Both the position numbers and the translations under genes were made by a program. Source: Anaerolineae bacterium (GTDB lineage Bacteria; Chloroflexota; Anaerolineae; Anaerolineales; Villigracilaceae). From it: a stretch of DNA of 64,000 nt. The notes beneath the pieces were generated by a model, which ran no database searches, was not told where the DNA came from, and was given only the letters and a program-made list of their open reading frames with translations. This document shows, piece by piece, positions 16,884-25,430 of the stretch. Each line of letters begins with the position of its first letter. Position 1 is the stretch's first letter. Location of the stretch: positions 19,920 through 83,919 of the forward strand of contig JABGQT010000140.1 in assembly GCA_018648685.1 (NCBI GenBank), in the 5' to 3' direction.

Positions 16884-17354
16884 ATGAAGCTCAACTGGCA
16901 GCGAATGAAATATATTCAAAAACTTCATCGTGTCCTGTATGCCATCGGTCTTGGTCCTATCGTTGGAAAGTTAATTCTCTTGCTCACCACGACCGGGCGC
17001 AAATCTGGATTGAAGCGTGTTACACCTTTGCAATACGAAGAAATTGATGGCAAATATTATCTCGGTTCAGCACGTGGTTTGAAAGCCGACTGGGTAAGAA
17101 ATATTCAAGCCGATTCACAGGTTGAGATTCGAGTGAAATCATTGCGTTTTCAAGGACAGGCTGAAGTTATCGACGACCCCGCGCGTTTAGCCGATTTTGT
17201 TGAAATTCGCTTGGAACGCCATCCGCGTATGATCGGTTTGTTGATGGAAAAAGTACATGGCTTATCGAAAAACCCGACGCGGGAAGAATTAGAAAAACTC
17301 GCAGAAACAGAAGCCTTAGTGACCGTTACGCCCAATAAGATCAAAGATGAATAA
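16884..17354 (+). CDS. DUF385 / deazaflavin (F420)-dependent nitroreductase-family protein
   Basis: 156 aa with TTTGRKSGLKRVTPLQY and ADWVRNIQA blocks characteristic of the family. An AGGAG RBS is present. Confidence 0.7.
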   Translation: MKLNWQRMKYIQKLHRVLYAIGLGPIVGKLILLLTTTGRKSGLKRVTPLQYEEIDGKYYLGSARGLKADWVRNIQADSQVEIRVKSLRFQGQAEVIDDPARLADFVEIRLERHPRMIGLLMEKVHGLSKNPTREELEKLAETEALVTVTPNKIKDE

Positions 17355-18300
17355 CACCACAAAATATTTAATTCAAGCCTCTAATCTTCACAAATCCTTT
17401 GGTGATACCCACGCCGTTAACGACCTGACCCTCGAAATTGAGAAAGGCGAGGTCTACGGCTTGGTCGGATCTGATGGTGCGGGCAAAACCACCTCCATGC
17501 GTCTTCTCGTCGGCGCGATGCTGCCTGATGAAGGCACGATCACGGTTGATGATTTTTCTCTCGACAAACATGGCGAAGAGATTCGCGCACGCATCGGCTA
17601 TCTTTCGCAGCGATTTTCGCTCTACGAAGAATTGACCGTCCTCGAAAATATCCGCTTTTTTGCCGAAGTACGCGGTCTCTCCGCTGATGAATGGTTCCCG
17701 CGCAGTATGGACATTCTCAAATTTGTCGGCTTAGCGGAATTCAGCGAGCGGCGCGCCGGTCAGCTTTCGGGCGGGATGAAGCAAAAGCTCGGGCTGGCGA
17801 GCGCCCTCGTTCACCGCCCTGATATTCTCCTCCTCGACGAGCCGACCACGGGCGTTGACCCTGTTACGCGGCAGGATTTTTGGCAGCTTATTATTCGCCT
17901 CGTTTCCGATGAAGATTTGACGGTGCTCATCAGCACGCCCTATATGGACGAGGCCGCACGTTGTACCCGTCTCGGTTTTATGCGGGATGGGCGTCTGCTC
18001 AAGAGCGGGACACCCGCTGAGTTGCGTGCCATCCTCGATGGGACAATCCTTGAAATGCGCGGCGGATCGCTGCGTGATTTACGCACCCTCGCCGCTATGG
18101 ACGCGGATGTCCGCGACGTACACAGTTTTGGAGGAAGTCTTCATTTGCAGATAAAAGGTGGAATGATGGAGGATGTTATTAAGCGGTTGCCAGCCCAAAT
18201 TCAGGAGCGAAGCGGAGAAACTGTCAAATTAAGCGCCATCCCGCCGACGTTGGAAGATGTCTTTACCTCCCTCACATCCGAGGAAATCCAAAATGACTGA
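17347..18300 (+). CDS. ABC transporter ATP-binding protein
   Basis: Walker A (GSDGAGKTT), signature (LSGGMKQK) and Walker B (LLLDEPT) are present. The start overlaps the DUF385 stop by 8 nt. Confidence 0.9.
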   Translation: MNNTTKYLIQASNLHKSFGDTHAVNDLTLEIEKGEVYGLVGSDGAGKTTSMRLLVGAMLPDEGTITVDDFSLDKHGEEIRARIGYLSQRFSLYEELTVLENIRFFAEVRGLSADEWFPRSMDILKFVGLAEFSERRAGQLSGGMKQKLGLASALVHRPDILLLDEPTTGVDPVTRQDFWQLIIRLVSDEDLTVLISTPYMDEAARCTRLGFMRDGRLLKSGTPAELRAILDGTILEMRGGSLRDLRTLAAMDADVRDVHSFGGSLHLQIKGGMMEDVIKRLPAQIQERSGETVKLSAIPPTLEDVFTSLTSEEIQND

Positions 18301-19204
18301 ACCCGCCATCCTTGCATTAAATCTGACGCGCCGATTTGGCGAATTCGTTGCTGTTGACCATATCTCCTTTGAAGTGCCGCGCGGGGAGGTGGTGGGCTAT
18401 CTCGGGCCAAATGGGTCAGGCAAAACGACGACGATCCGCATGTTGCTGGGATTGCTGGAGCCTTCGGACGGGCACGCGATGGTTTTGGGCTACGACGCCT
18501 TTCGCCAAACGGAGAAAGTGCGGGCGCGGGCAGGATATATGTCGCAGAAATTTGCGCTCTATGATGAGTTGACGGTTTGGGAGAATATCGAGTTTTACGG
18601 CGGGGTGTATGGCGTGCGTGATAAGGCGCGTCTGAACGAGACGCTGGCACGCGTGGAGTTAACCGAGCATCACCACGAGCGCGCGGGGAGTCTTTCAGCG
18701 GGCTGGCGTCAGCGATTGGCGTTGTCAATTGCGTTGGTACATCAACCAAAATTACTCTTTCTAGATGAGCCAACCAGCGGCGTAGACCCGAATGCCCGTC
18801 GCGTTTTCTGGGATTTAATCTATGATCTCGCCGAAGAGGGGACGACCGCTTTCGTCACGACGCATTATATGGACGAAGCCGAGTATTGCGAGCGCGTGGG
18901 CATCATGCGTGAAGGAAAATTGCTGGCGCTGGATACCCCCGATGTGCTGAAAGCGGAAACTTTGCCCGGTCCCGTTTGGGATATTTTTGCTACGCCGCTT
19001 GAGACAGCCTTAGATGCACTTGTAGCTGCTGATGGCGTTTTGCGTGGGGGATTATCAGGAAATCATTTGCGTGTAATCACCAGAAACGGTATGAAGGCAA
19101 AAGACTTGGAGGGAATTCTGAAGAAAGCTGGCTTGAAAACGGAGAAAATTGAGCGTGGCGAACCAACGTTGGAGGATGTTTTCCTGTCATTGGCGAAGGA
19201 GTAA
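18293..19204 (+). CDS. ABC transporter ATP-binding protein (second ATPase)
   Basis: Walker A (GPNGSGKTT), signature (LSAGWRQR) and Walker B (LFLDEPT) are present. The ATG at 18293 follows GAGGA and overlaps the previous stop (ATGACTGA). The ORF track offers an alternative start at 18257. Confidence 0.9.
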   Translation: MTEPAILALNLTRRFGEFVAVDHISFEVPRGEVVGYLGPNGSGKTTTIRMLLGLLEPSDGHAMVLGYDAFRQTEKVRARAGYMSQKFALYDELTVWENIEFYGGVYGVRDKARLNETLARVELTEHHHERAGSLSAGWRQRLALSIALVHQPKLLFLDEPTSGVDPNARRVFWDLIYDLAEEGTTAFVTTHYMDEAEYCERVGIMREGKLLALDTPDVLKAETLPGPVWDIFATPLETALDALVAADGVLRGGLSGNHLRVITRNGMKAKDLEGILKKAGLKTEKIERGEPTLEDVFLSLAKE

Positions 19205-19228
19205 ACAAAAAATTATATCGAATTTGAA

Positions 19229-19259
19229 AACATCTGGAATTTAAACCCAGATGTTTTTT
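19229..19259 (+). terminator. Intrinsic terminator of the efflux operon
   Basis: AACATCTGG pairs with CCAGATGTT, followed by a T-run. Confidence 0.7.
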
Positions 19260-19281
19260 CTTGTCATAGTAAAATTGAAAA

Positions 19282-19737
19282 ATGATAGCTCTTGTTCTCG
19301 TAGCGTTTATATATGTTTTGCTTCAACGGCTTGTGCAATTGGCAGTAGCTATTCCATTTGAAGCATTGATATTGCGATTATTTAGATGGGCAGGATTTAG
19401 AAAAAGCCTGATAGTTTCTGGCTTAATGAATCTTATTGCCTTTACTCTTTATTTATTGTTGATGGTTTCCAGTTTCATTTTTCAGAATACGCCACCATTT
19501 ACTTTTATAAACAGCCTTCCAGAGAATTCCATTTTGGTTTTTCGAGTAATTACATTCTTTATTATTTCGGTTTTTATTGATGCTATTTTTCTATTTGTAA
19601 CAAGTGATAATGCGAATATGGAAACTCCTGAACTTATTAAGAGATTTTACAAATTAGCTATTCTTTCTTTGTTTATTAATGCAACTTCAATTTTATTGAT
19701 TTATGTGTTGCCTTTTGTCTTGAAATGGGCATTATAA
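19282..19737 (+). CDS. Hypothetical membrane protein (visibly AT-rich gene)
   Basis: 151-aa ORF with four hydrophobic segments. No family recognised. Confidence 0.45.
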   Translation: MIALVLVAFIYVLLQRLVQLAVAIPFEALILRLFRWAGFRKSLIVSGLMNLIAFTLYLLLMVSSFIFQNTPPFTFINSLPENSILVFRVITFFIISVFIDAIFLFVTSDNANMETPELIKRFYKLAILSLFINATSILLIYVLPFVLKWAL

Positions 19738-19773
19738 ATACTCCCTGTTGTTGAGAAAGAGTGAGTTAAACAG

Positions 19774-19813
19774 ACACTTCCGATTTTTTAGAAAAATCGG
19801 AAGTGTTGTTTTT
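19774..19813. terminator. Bidirectional terminator between convergent genes
   Basis: ACACTTCCGATTTTT pairs with AAAATCGGAAGTGT (about 14 bp), followed by TGTTTTT. Confidence 0.8.
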
Positions 19814-19836
19814 AGAGAAAGGAGATGTAAGGTGTT

Positions 19837-20220
19837 TTACGCGCTTACCAAACTCACAATCGTCCGCCCCAGCCAAACCGCGAAAAGTCCGAAAATCACA
19901 CTTGCCCCGATATTGAGATAGAAAAGCAGGCTGTTGCCTTCTTGGAAAAGATTGAAGCTATCTGAGCTAAAAGTGGAAAAAGTTGTGAATGCGCCGAGAA
20001 AGCCTAGAAATATAAGCGAAGAGGTTTCAGGGGTGAAAATATCGCGTATTTCGGCGAGTTGCGCCAAAGCACCGATCAATAAACAGCCGACCAAGTTGAC
20101 AACAAGCGTTCCGATCGGAAAATCTGAAATTTTTGACCAGTTTTGAACATAGTTACCGAGAAGATAACGCATGATCGCGCCAAGAAATCCCCCCATGCCA
20201 ATTAAAAGAAAAGTGCCCAT
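19837..20220 (-). CDS. crcB: Fluoride ion channel CrcB/FluC
   Basis: 127 aa with four TM segments. The N-terminus GGFLGAIMRYL and the GFLGAFTTFSTF block are typical of CrcB. Confidence 0.9.
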   Translation of the reverse strand: MGTFLLIGMGGFLGAIMRYLLGNYVQNWSKISDFPIGTLVVNLVGCLLIGALAQLAEIRDIFTPETSSLIFLGFLGAFTTFSTFSSDSFNLFQEGNSLLFYLNIGASVIFGLFAVWLGRTIVSLVSA

Positions 20221-20240
20221 GTGCTATTGCTCCAATTTCC

Positions 20241-20290
20241 TGCGTGGAGTATTAGCCCAAGGACATAAATTGCTCCATCGCCTATAATTC
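20241..20290 (-). promoter_or_regulatory. Candidate (atypical) fluoride-riboswitch-like leader of crcB
   Basis: The minus strand reads UAUAGGCGAUGGAGCAAUUUAUGUCCUUGGGCUAAUACUCCACGCA. GGCGAUGGAG and GCUAAUACUCCAC resemble the conserved crcB-motif blocks, with GGAG/CUCC pseudoknot complementarity. The canonical P1 3-prime strand (CGCC) is missing. Confidence 0.35.
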
Positions 20291-20327
20291 CGACTATTCT
20301 AAAGGCGATAAAGAGTGAAGGCAAGGG

Positions 20328-20927
20328 TTATTTCTTTTGCGTTAGTTCTTTGAGATATAGATTCATTTGAAGTTTTAGAAAAATCAGCCCACCAAGAAGG
20401 GCTACGATAAAAAGGGATGGGGTTATTTCCAGCTTTTGATTGAATGCCAAACTTGCATAGAAAATCATTGCACCAAAGGTTATAGCACCTAGCATAGAAA
20501 CTTGAAGGGCCATTAAATAGGCAACACTTTCTTTTTTGTAGAGATCTGGCAGACTTTCATTATTCCAAAGGAAAGCTTTTTCGAAACCATTATTTCTTTT
20601 ACTGATGAATTCTTTGATGTGGTTCATCGCACTCGTGGATGAAAACCATGCTTTGCGAAGACGCGCGAGCTGTAATAAGGTCAGTAAGCCAAAAGCTGAA
20701 AGAAATAAAAATAAACCAGCAAGCACTATATATGCAAAAGTATCTACGCTTTCGATATTCTGCACCCCTAGAAAAGCACCAAAAAGACTACCTACACTAA
20801 CGAGATAGAAAGTTGTTACACGAGCGCGATCTTCATGTGCTTGGAAAGCAGTTTGCGCGATATATTCGTACTCTGCGACGAGAATACTTTCAGCCCCATT
20901 GCTTATATTTTTTTCTTCTTTGGTCAT
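20328..20927 (-). CDS. Hypothetical membrane protein
   Basis: 199 aa with about four TM segments. It overlaps the upstream GyrI-like gene by 4 nt. Confidence 0.5.
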   Translation of the reverse strand: MTKEEKNISNGAESILVAEYEYIAQTAFQAHEDRARVTTFYLVSVGSLFGAFLGVQNIESVDTFAYIVLAGLFLFLSAFGLLTLLQLARLRKAWFSSTSAMNHIKEFISKRNNGFEKAFLWNNESLPDLYKKESVAYLMALQVSMLGAITFGAMIFYASLAFNQKLEITPSLFIVALLGGLIFLKLQMNLYLKELTQKK

Positions 20928-21553
20928 TTTTTAGTAATAGGGTAACGTAAGATAGTTCGCTCTTCTACAGGGTTTTCGTGTCGGGGATCACTGAGATATA
21001 TCTCATGATAGGGCAAGGTTAAATTGCAATTTTCTTCTTTTGCAAAATTTTTTATTCTGTCAATTGTCATTGGGATCAACCCAAAAGAGCTGACGTGCAA
21101 AATTTGTAGTGCCAACCCTTCATGAAATGCTTCAAAGCGTGCTAAGGTCAAAGAAGGAATCTCGCCTTGTTTTTTCTTTAGGCTGGCAACAGCATTTTTA
21201 AACATCTCGAAAGTGATATGCGTAGGTTGCATCATCATCATTGTCCACTTCCACCCTGTACGATCATTATAGTCATTTTTCTTTGTCGGATGCCACAATG
21301 CCTCCAGCGGCATTGTATTATAGTCAATAGGATTTTCGCGGCTAAGCTTGGACATAAATTTCAGGGTAAAGGAAATCCCGTTGAGTGTGTTTAGTGCCTC
21401 TTGAAAAGATTCAGATGTTGCTGGCCTTTTCCCTTCTTCCATTATTCCGTCAAGCATCACAAAGTTATATTCGGGGACTTCTACAAAATCTACACCACGA
21501 GCAGAAGGTGCGTAGAGTTTTGTTATCTCTTCTGCTGATACTAACTTAGCCAT
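20924..21553 (-). CDS. GyrI-like small-molecule-binding domain protein
   Basis: 209 aa. The N-terminal VEVPEYNFVMLDG and C-terminal HEIYLSDPR blocks are typical of the GyrI-like family. Confidence 0.65.
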   Translation of the reverse strand: MAKLVSAEEITKLYAPSARGVDFVEVPEYNFVMLDGIMEEGKRPATSESFQEALNTLNGISFTLKFMSKLSRENPIDYNTMPLEALWHPTKKNDYNDRTGWKWTMMMMQPTHITFEMFKNAVASLKKKQGEIPSLTLARFEAFHEGLALQILHVSSFGLIPMTIDRIKNFAKEENCNLTLPYHEIYLSDPRHENPVEERTILRYPITKK

Positions 21554-21628
21554 GAAACACTCCCGAAAAACTTTGTGGACGGTATTATATTATTATACTC
21601 CAAGCTACTCTCAGAATAGATAAAAATA

Positions 21629-22825
21629 CTACGAAATTTTCTTTCTTCCTCCTTTTTTGCCGCGTTGGATGGCGTTTTTCCCAAAGCGTTCCTGCAATTC
21701 ATCCAATACCTTTTCAATTTCTCGTGATTTTTCTACATTTTCCTCCCAAAAGGAGAGTTGTCGGAGGGGAGGACCCAATCCACTTACGCCCACGCCAATT
21801 AAACGCACTGCTTTACCAGATGGCCGCAGTTTTTTTAGCAAAGATAATGCTGCTTCAAATATCTCTGCTTCGTTATCAGACATGGTCGAGAGTGTTTTTT
21901 GCCGTGTCAGGGTTTCGAAATTGCTCCAGCGTAGTTTTAAACGCACTATTTTTCCGGCGAGCTCTGCTTTTCTTAAACGCCGAGCAACTTTCTGGGTTAG
22001 TGCGCGGAGCGTTTCATCCAATTTGGCATCATCACTTATATCCCGCAAAAAAGTTGTTTCCTGGCTGATCGATTTTGTTTCGCGCTCCGTCACAATGGGG
22101 CGGGTGTCAATTCCGCGGGCATGCAGAGATAAATCTCGCCCGTGTTTGCCAAATCTGCGTAACATTTCTTTTTCGGGTTGCTTGGCAATTTCCCCGATCG
22201 TGTAGATACCTGTATCGGCTAATTTTTGCGCTGTTTTCGGTCCCACACCCCAGAGCATTTCCACCGGTAGCGGGGATAGGAAACTAGCTTCTTGTCCTGC
22301 GGAAACAAAGGTCAATGCAAAAGGAGAGATGCCGCGCTGCGCCGCTTTTTTGCCGACATCATTCGCTATTTTTGCGACCAATTTATTCGTGGCGATCCCG
22401 ACCGAGGAGGATAATCCCGCTTCGTCCCTGATTTGGGTTTGCAAGCGTTTCCCGATCACCTCAGGATCATCGGGCAGGTCACTTACGTCCAGAAAGGCTT
22501 CATCTACAGAAATTTGCTCAAGTAGCGGAGTCACATTTTGGAGCAAGGCCATTACTTTTTTCGATGCTTTGCTATAAAGATGATGCTTTGCTGGGACGAT
22601 GAGTATTTGGGGACAAAGAGCTACTGCACGCCCCATTGGCATCGCCGAGCGAACCCCGTATGCCCGTGCTGCATAAGAACAGGATGCTACTACGCCGCGT
22701 TCTTCCGGTTTTCCACCCACAGCAAAGGCTTTTCCGCGCAGCGAAGGATCGTGCAATTCTTCTACCGCGCAAAAAAAAGCGTCTAGATCAAGGTGGATGA
22801 TTTTTCTAGGCAAAATATTATCCAC
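21629..22825 (-). CDS. dinB: DNA polymerase IV (Y-family)
   Basis: 398 aa with RKIIHLDLDAFFCAVEE and a Y-family palm/little-finger layout. It starts with GTG at 22825. A TTG at 22813 would give an MPRKIIH N-terminus. Confidence 0.9.
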   Translation of the reverse strand: MDNILPRKIIHLDLDAFFCAVEELHDPSLRGKAFAVGGKPEERGVVASCSYAARAYGVRSAMPMGRAVALCPQILIVPAKHHLYSKASKKVMALLQNVTPLLEQISVDEAFLDVSDLPDDPEVIGKRLQTQIRDEAGLSSSVGIATNKLVAKIANDVGKKAAQRGISPFALTFVSAGQEASFLSPLPVEMLWGVGPKTAQKLADTGIYTIGEIAKQPEKEMLRRFGKHGRDLSLHARGIDTRPIVTERETKSISQETTFLRDISDDAKLDETLRALTQKVARRLRKAELAGKIVRLKLRWSNFETLTRQKTLSTMSDNEAEIFEAALSLLKKLRPSGKAVRLIGVGVSGLGPPLRQLSFWEENVEKSREIEKVLDELQERFGKNAIQRGKKGGRKKIS

Positions 22826-22849
22826 AGATTATACAGATTTGGCAGATTT
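22822..22849. repeat. Left inverted array of CAGATT-type words bounding the GxxExxY cassette
   Basis: CCACAGATTATACAGATTTGGCAGATTT matches the reverse complement of 23253-23277 (CCACAGATTTCACAGATTACACAGA). Confidence 0.65.
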
Positions 22850-23239
22850 TTGGTTTTCGTAACCCCAGACGATGCGTTTATATTCCAGGCTTGATGCGCC
22901 AAAATTGATTAAAAGACCGCGGCGATAGCCGGTTGCTTTGAGATAGTTTAAAACTTGGCTTTCTTCGATTGTGCTGAGACGTGAAAGAGCTTTGAACTCT
23001 ACGATAATATCTGAGAAGCACACAAAGTCAGTACGATAACTTGTTGGAAGTATGATATTCCTATAAGTAATGGGCAATGCAACTTCTCTCTGAAAGGGGA
23101 CATTCTTTTTAGGGAACTCAAGTACCGCAGCCTCTTGGTATACAGCTTCAAGAAAACCATGTCCCAGTCTTTTATGAATCTCCATCGCCGCACCAATGAT
23201 TGCGTAAGTTTGCGGGTCGCGTTTGTTGATTGTTTTCAT
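22829..23239 (-). CDS. GxxExxY protein (PD-(D/E)XK-like family, as found in 23S rRNA intervening sequences)
   Basis: 136 aa with GHGFLEAVYQEA (the GxxExxY motif). A GGAGG RBS is present. Confidence 0.85.
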   Translation of the reverse strand: MKTINKRDPQTYAIIGAAMEIHKRLGHGFLEAVYQEAAVLEFPKKNVPFQREVALPITYRNIILPTSYRTDFVCFSDIIVEFKALSRLSTIEESQVLNYLKATGYRRGLLINFGASSLEYKRIVWGYENQKSAKSV

Positions 23240-23252
23240 TCGCGTTACCTCC

Positions 23253-23277
23253 TCTGTGTAATCTGTGAAATCTGTGG
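23253..23277. repeat. Right inverted array of CACAGAT words bounding the GxxExxY cassette
   Basis: TCTGTGTAATCTGTGAAATCTGTGG ends one nt before the stop codon of the F420 reductase gene. Confidence 0.65.
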
Positions 23278-23278
23278 A

Positions 23279-23932
23279 TTAAACGCCCGTGATTTTTATT
23301 CCAGCCGATTTGACCATGTTTTGCTTATTGATATAGATCAGCAAAGATGTCATTCCTTCCACAACAGCAGCATTTTCGATCACACCTGCATCCCAGCCTT
23401 TCATCCCTGCGGCTTCGACGAGTTTTAACACTTCAAGCCGCGCAGCTTTGCCCTTTCCAGTTACCAAAACATCGCAATCAACGGGATGGTCGTCAAAAAG
23501 ATGTTCGTGCGAAATATTTTGAAAAGCAGCAACTACGTTTACGTTTTCGCCAAGGATCTCTTGCGCTTCTTGTGCAGCGCTCCCAGCCTTGGGCATTTGT
23601 ACCTTCGTTACTTTTGGTGGAACAAGCGGCACAGTCACATCAACAAAGATTTTGCCTTGCGCAGCTTCTTTTATGCTTTCAAGAGTAGATTTATGCGCGC
23701 TGTAGGGAACTGTAAGCACGAGAATATCTGCTTTTTCAGCGGCATTGATATTTTCAAGCCCCTTAACGAGTTCTTTTCCTAGCATTTCATTTAAGTCGTT
23801 GGCGGCAGTTTTTGCTTTTTCGTTTATGCGTGACCCGATAAGTACTTTATACTCCGCTTTTGCCCAACGATACGCTAACCCTTTGCCTTCTTTGCCTGTG
23901 CCGCCGAGTACTGCTAAGGTTATATTTTCCAT
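23279..23932 (-). CDS. NADPH-dependent F420 reductase
   Basis: The Rossmann N-terminus is MENITLAVLGGTGKEGKGLA. The ORF track extends to an upstream ATG at 23953, which would add 7 residues. Confidence 0.8.
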   Translation of the reverse strand: MENITLAVLGGTGKEGKGLAYRWAKAEYKVLIGSRINEKAKTAANDLNEMLGKELVKGLENINAAEKADILVLTVPYSAHKSTLESIKEAAQGKIFVDVTVPLVPPKVTKVQMPKAGSAAQEAQEILGENVNVVAAFQNISHEHLFDDHPVDCDVLVTGKGKAARLEVLKLVEAAGMKGWDAGVIENAAVVEGMTSLLIYINKQNMVKSAGIKITGV

Positions 23933-23964
23933 AATTACTAACCTGGTGACCATATCAAAAAATA

Positions 23965-23994
23965 GGCCACAGATACACGCAAATATCTGTGGCC
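23965..23994 (-). terminator. Intrinsic terminator after the SsnA-like gene, built from the CCACAGAT word
   Basis: GGCCACAGATA pairs with TATCTGTGGCC (11 bp, 8-nt loop). TATTTTTTG follows on the minus strand. Confidence 0.75.
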
Positions 23995-24013
23995 CAAAAA
24001 ACTGTTCAGCTAA

Positions 24014-25354
24014 TTAGGCTAATGCTTCGTAACGTTTCCATGCATCAGCAGAAGCCTCACGTGCTTTCGCCGCAATTTCTTCTTCATCTAAAGTAAGAAG
24101 TTCGCGATCTTTCATCAATATCTCTCCGCCAACGATGGTCGTTGTGACCATGCTTTCGTTGAAACCAAAAAGAATATGCCAAGGGAGATTTCCTGCATTC
24201 ATATCGGTGAAGGGGTGATAATCGACAAAGATCAAATCGGCAAAAGCCCCCACACTAATTTCTGCGAGCGGTGCTTCAGGGAAAAAAACTTTAGCCAGCG
24301 CAGCATTATTTTCAATAGCCATTTCTTTTACGTCGTAGCCGCCCATTCGGCGTGGGTCGCCATTTGCTGATTTGTGCAGTAAATAAGCCGCTTTCCACTC
24401 ATCCCACATGGTGTTCGAAAAACCATCATTCCCCAAACCAACTTTTACACCTGCGCGCAGCATCGACTCGACTGGTGCTACGCCAACGGCATTATTCATA
24501 TTCGAGCGAGGCTGATGAGTGACCCATGTTCCTGTATCTGCCAAAATCTGAATTTCACGAGCATCCACATGAACAGCGTGAACAGCGATACTTTGTGGCC
24601 CTAAAATGCCATGTTTTTCAAGTCTATCCATCACGCGTAAACCGGATTTCGCCAAACTATCATCCTGGTCTGCAAGCCCTTCAGCAGCATGGATGTGGAA
24701 TCCGCTCCCCTCGGGGATCGATTCTCGGCAATAATATAAAGTGGATTCAGAGAGGGTCAGGCTGGCGTGTAAACCAAAGCTTGCGGCGAGACGCGACTCT
24801 TTTTGGGCTTGCAAGCGTTTAATGAACCTGACATTTTCCTGAACACCTGCCTGCATTTTGACTTCCCCGTCTCGATCTGTTACTTCATAACAAAGCGATG
24901 CTCGCAACCCGGATTTGGTGACAGCGTCCGCAACCACATCAAGAGAGCCGTCAATAAAACTTGGAGAAGCGTGATGATCAATTAGTGTCGTAGTGCCGTG
25001 CTTGATCGCATCTACGAGGCAAACAAGCGCTGATGAGCGCACATCTTCTTCGAGGAGGGCTTTGTCCAAATTCCACCAGAGTTTATCGAGGATTTGAGGA
25101 AAATCTTTGGGTGCTTCTCCAGGGATCGCCATCCCACGTGCAAAGGCACCGTAGAAATGAGTATGCCCACAGATATTTCCGGGCATAACATATTGACCAC
25201 GTGCATCTACTCGATTTTCGTTCGGGTAACGCGCAGCAAGCTCAGGGTCAGGGGCGATGTCGGCAATTTTATCCCCTTTGATATAGATGGAATATCCATG
25301 AAGGATTTTATTCTCTGCCCCCCAAGTGATCAAATTCGCATTGGTAATAAGCAT
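24014..25354 (-). CDS. Amidohydrolase, SsnA / chlorohydrolase-like
   Basis: 446 aa with the metal-binding GHTHFY motif near the N-terminus and an amidohydrolase-superfamily layout. Confidence 0.7.
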   Translation of the reverse strand: MLITNANLITWGAENKILHGYSIYIKGDKIADIAPDPELAARYPNENRVDARGQYVMPGNICGHTHFYGAFARGMAIPGEAPKDFPQILDKLWWNLDKALLEEDVRSSALVCLVDAIKHGTTTLIDHHASPSFIDGSLDVVADAVTKSGLRASLCYEVTDRDGEVKMQAGVQENVRFIKRLQAQKESRLAASFGLHASLTLSESTLYYCRESIPEGSGFHIHAAEGLADQDDSLAKSGLRVMDRLEKHGILGPQSIAVHAVHVDAREIQILADTGTWVTHQPRSNMNNAVGVAPVESMLRAGVKVGLGNDGFSNTMWDEWKAAYLLHKSANGDPRRMGGYDVKEMAIENNAALAKVFFPEAPLAEISVGAFADLIFVDYHPFTDMNAGNLPWHILFGFNESMVTTTIVGGEILMKDRELLTLDEEEIAAKAREASADAWKRYEALA

Positions 25355-25430
25355 AATATTCTCCTGTAAAAAAGTCCCCGCTATTATGGCAGGGATAGTT
25401 GAGTAAAAAAGGATTCAATTAAATGTGAAC

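Noticed and set aside
18257-18292. Longer N-terminus (MSLPPSHPRKSK...) for the second ABC ATPase
   Set aside because: The ATG at 18293 has a GAGGA RBS and forms the common ATGA-type overlap with the upstream stop. The extension would overlap the previous gene by 44 nt.
18201-18773. 190-aa minus-strand ORF across the junction of the two ABC ATPase genes
   Set aside because: It is antisense to Walker-motif-bearing genes. Its Arg/Pro/Ser-rich composition is typical of the reverse frame of GC-rich coding DNA.
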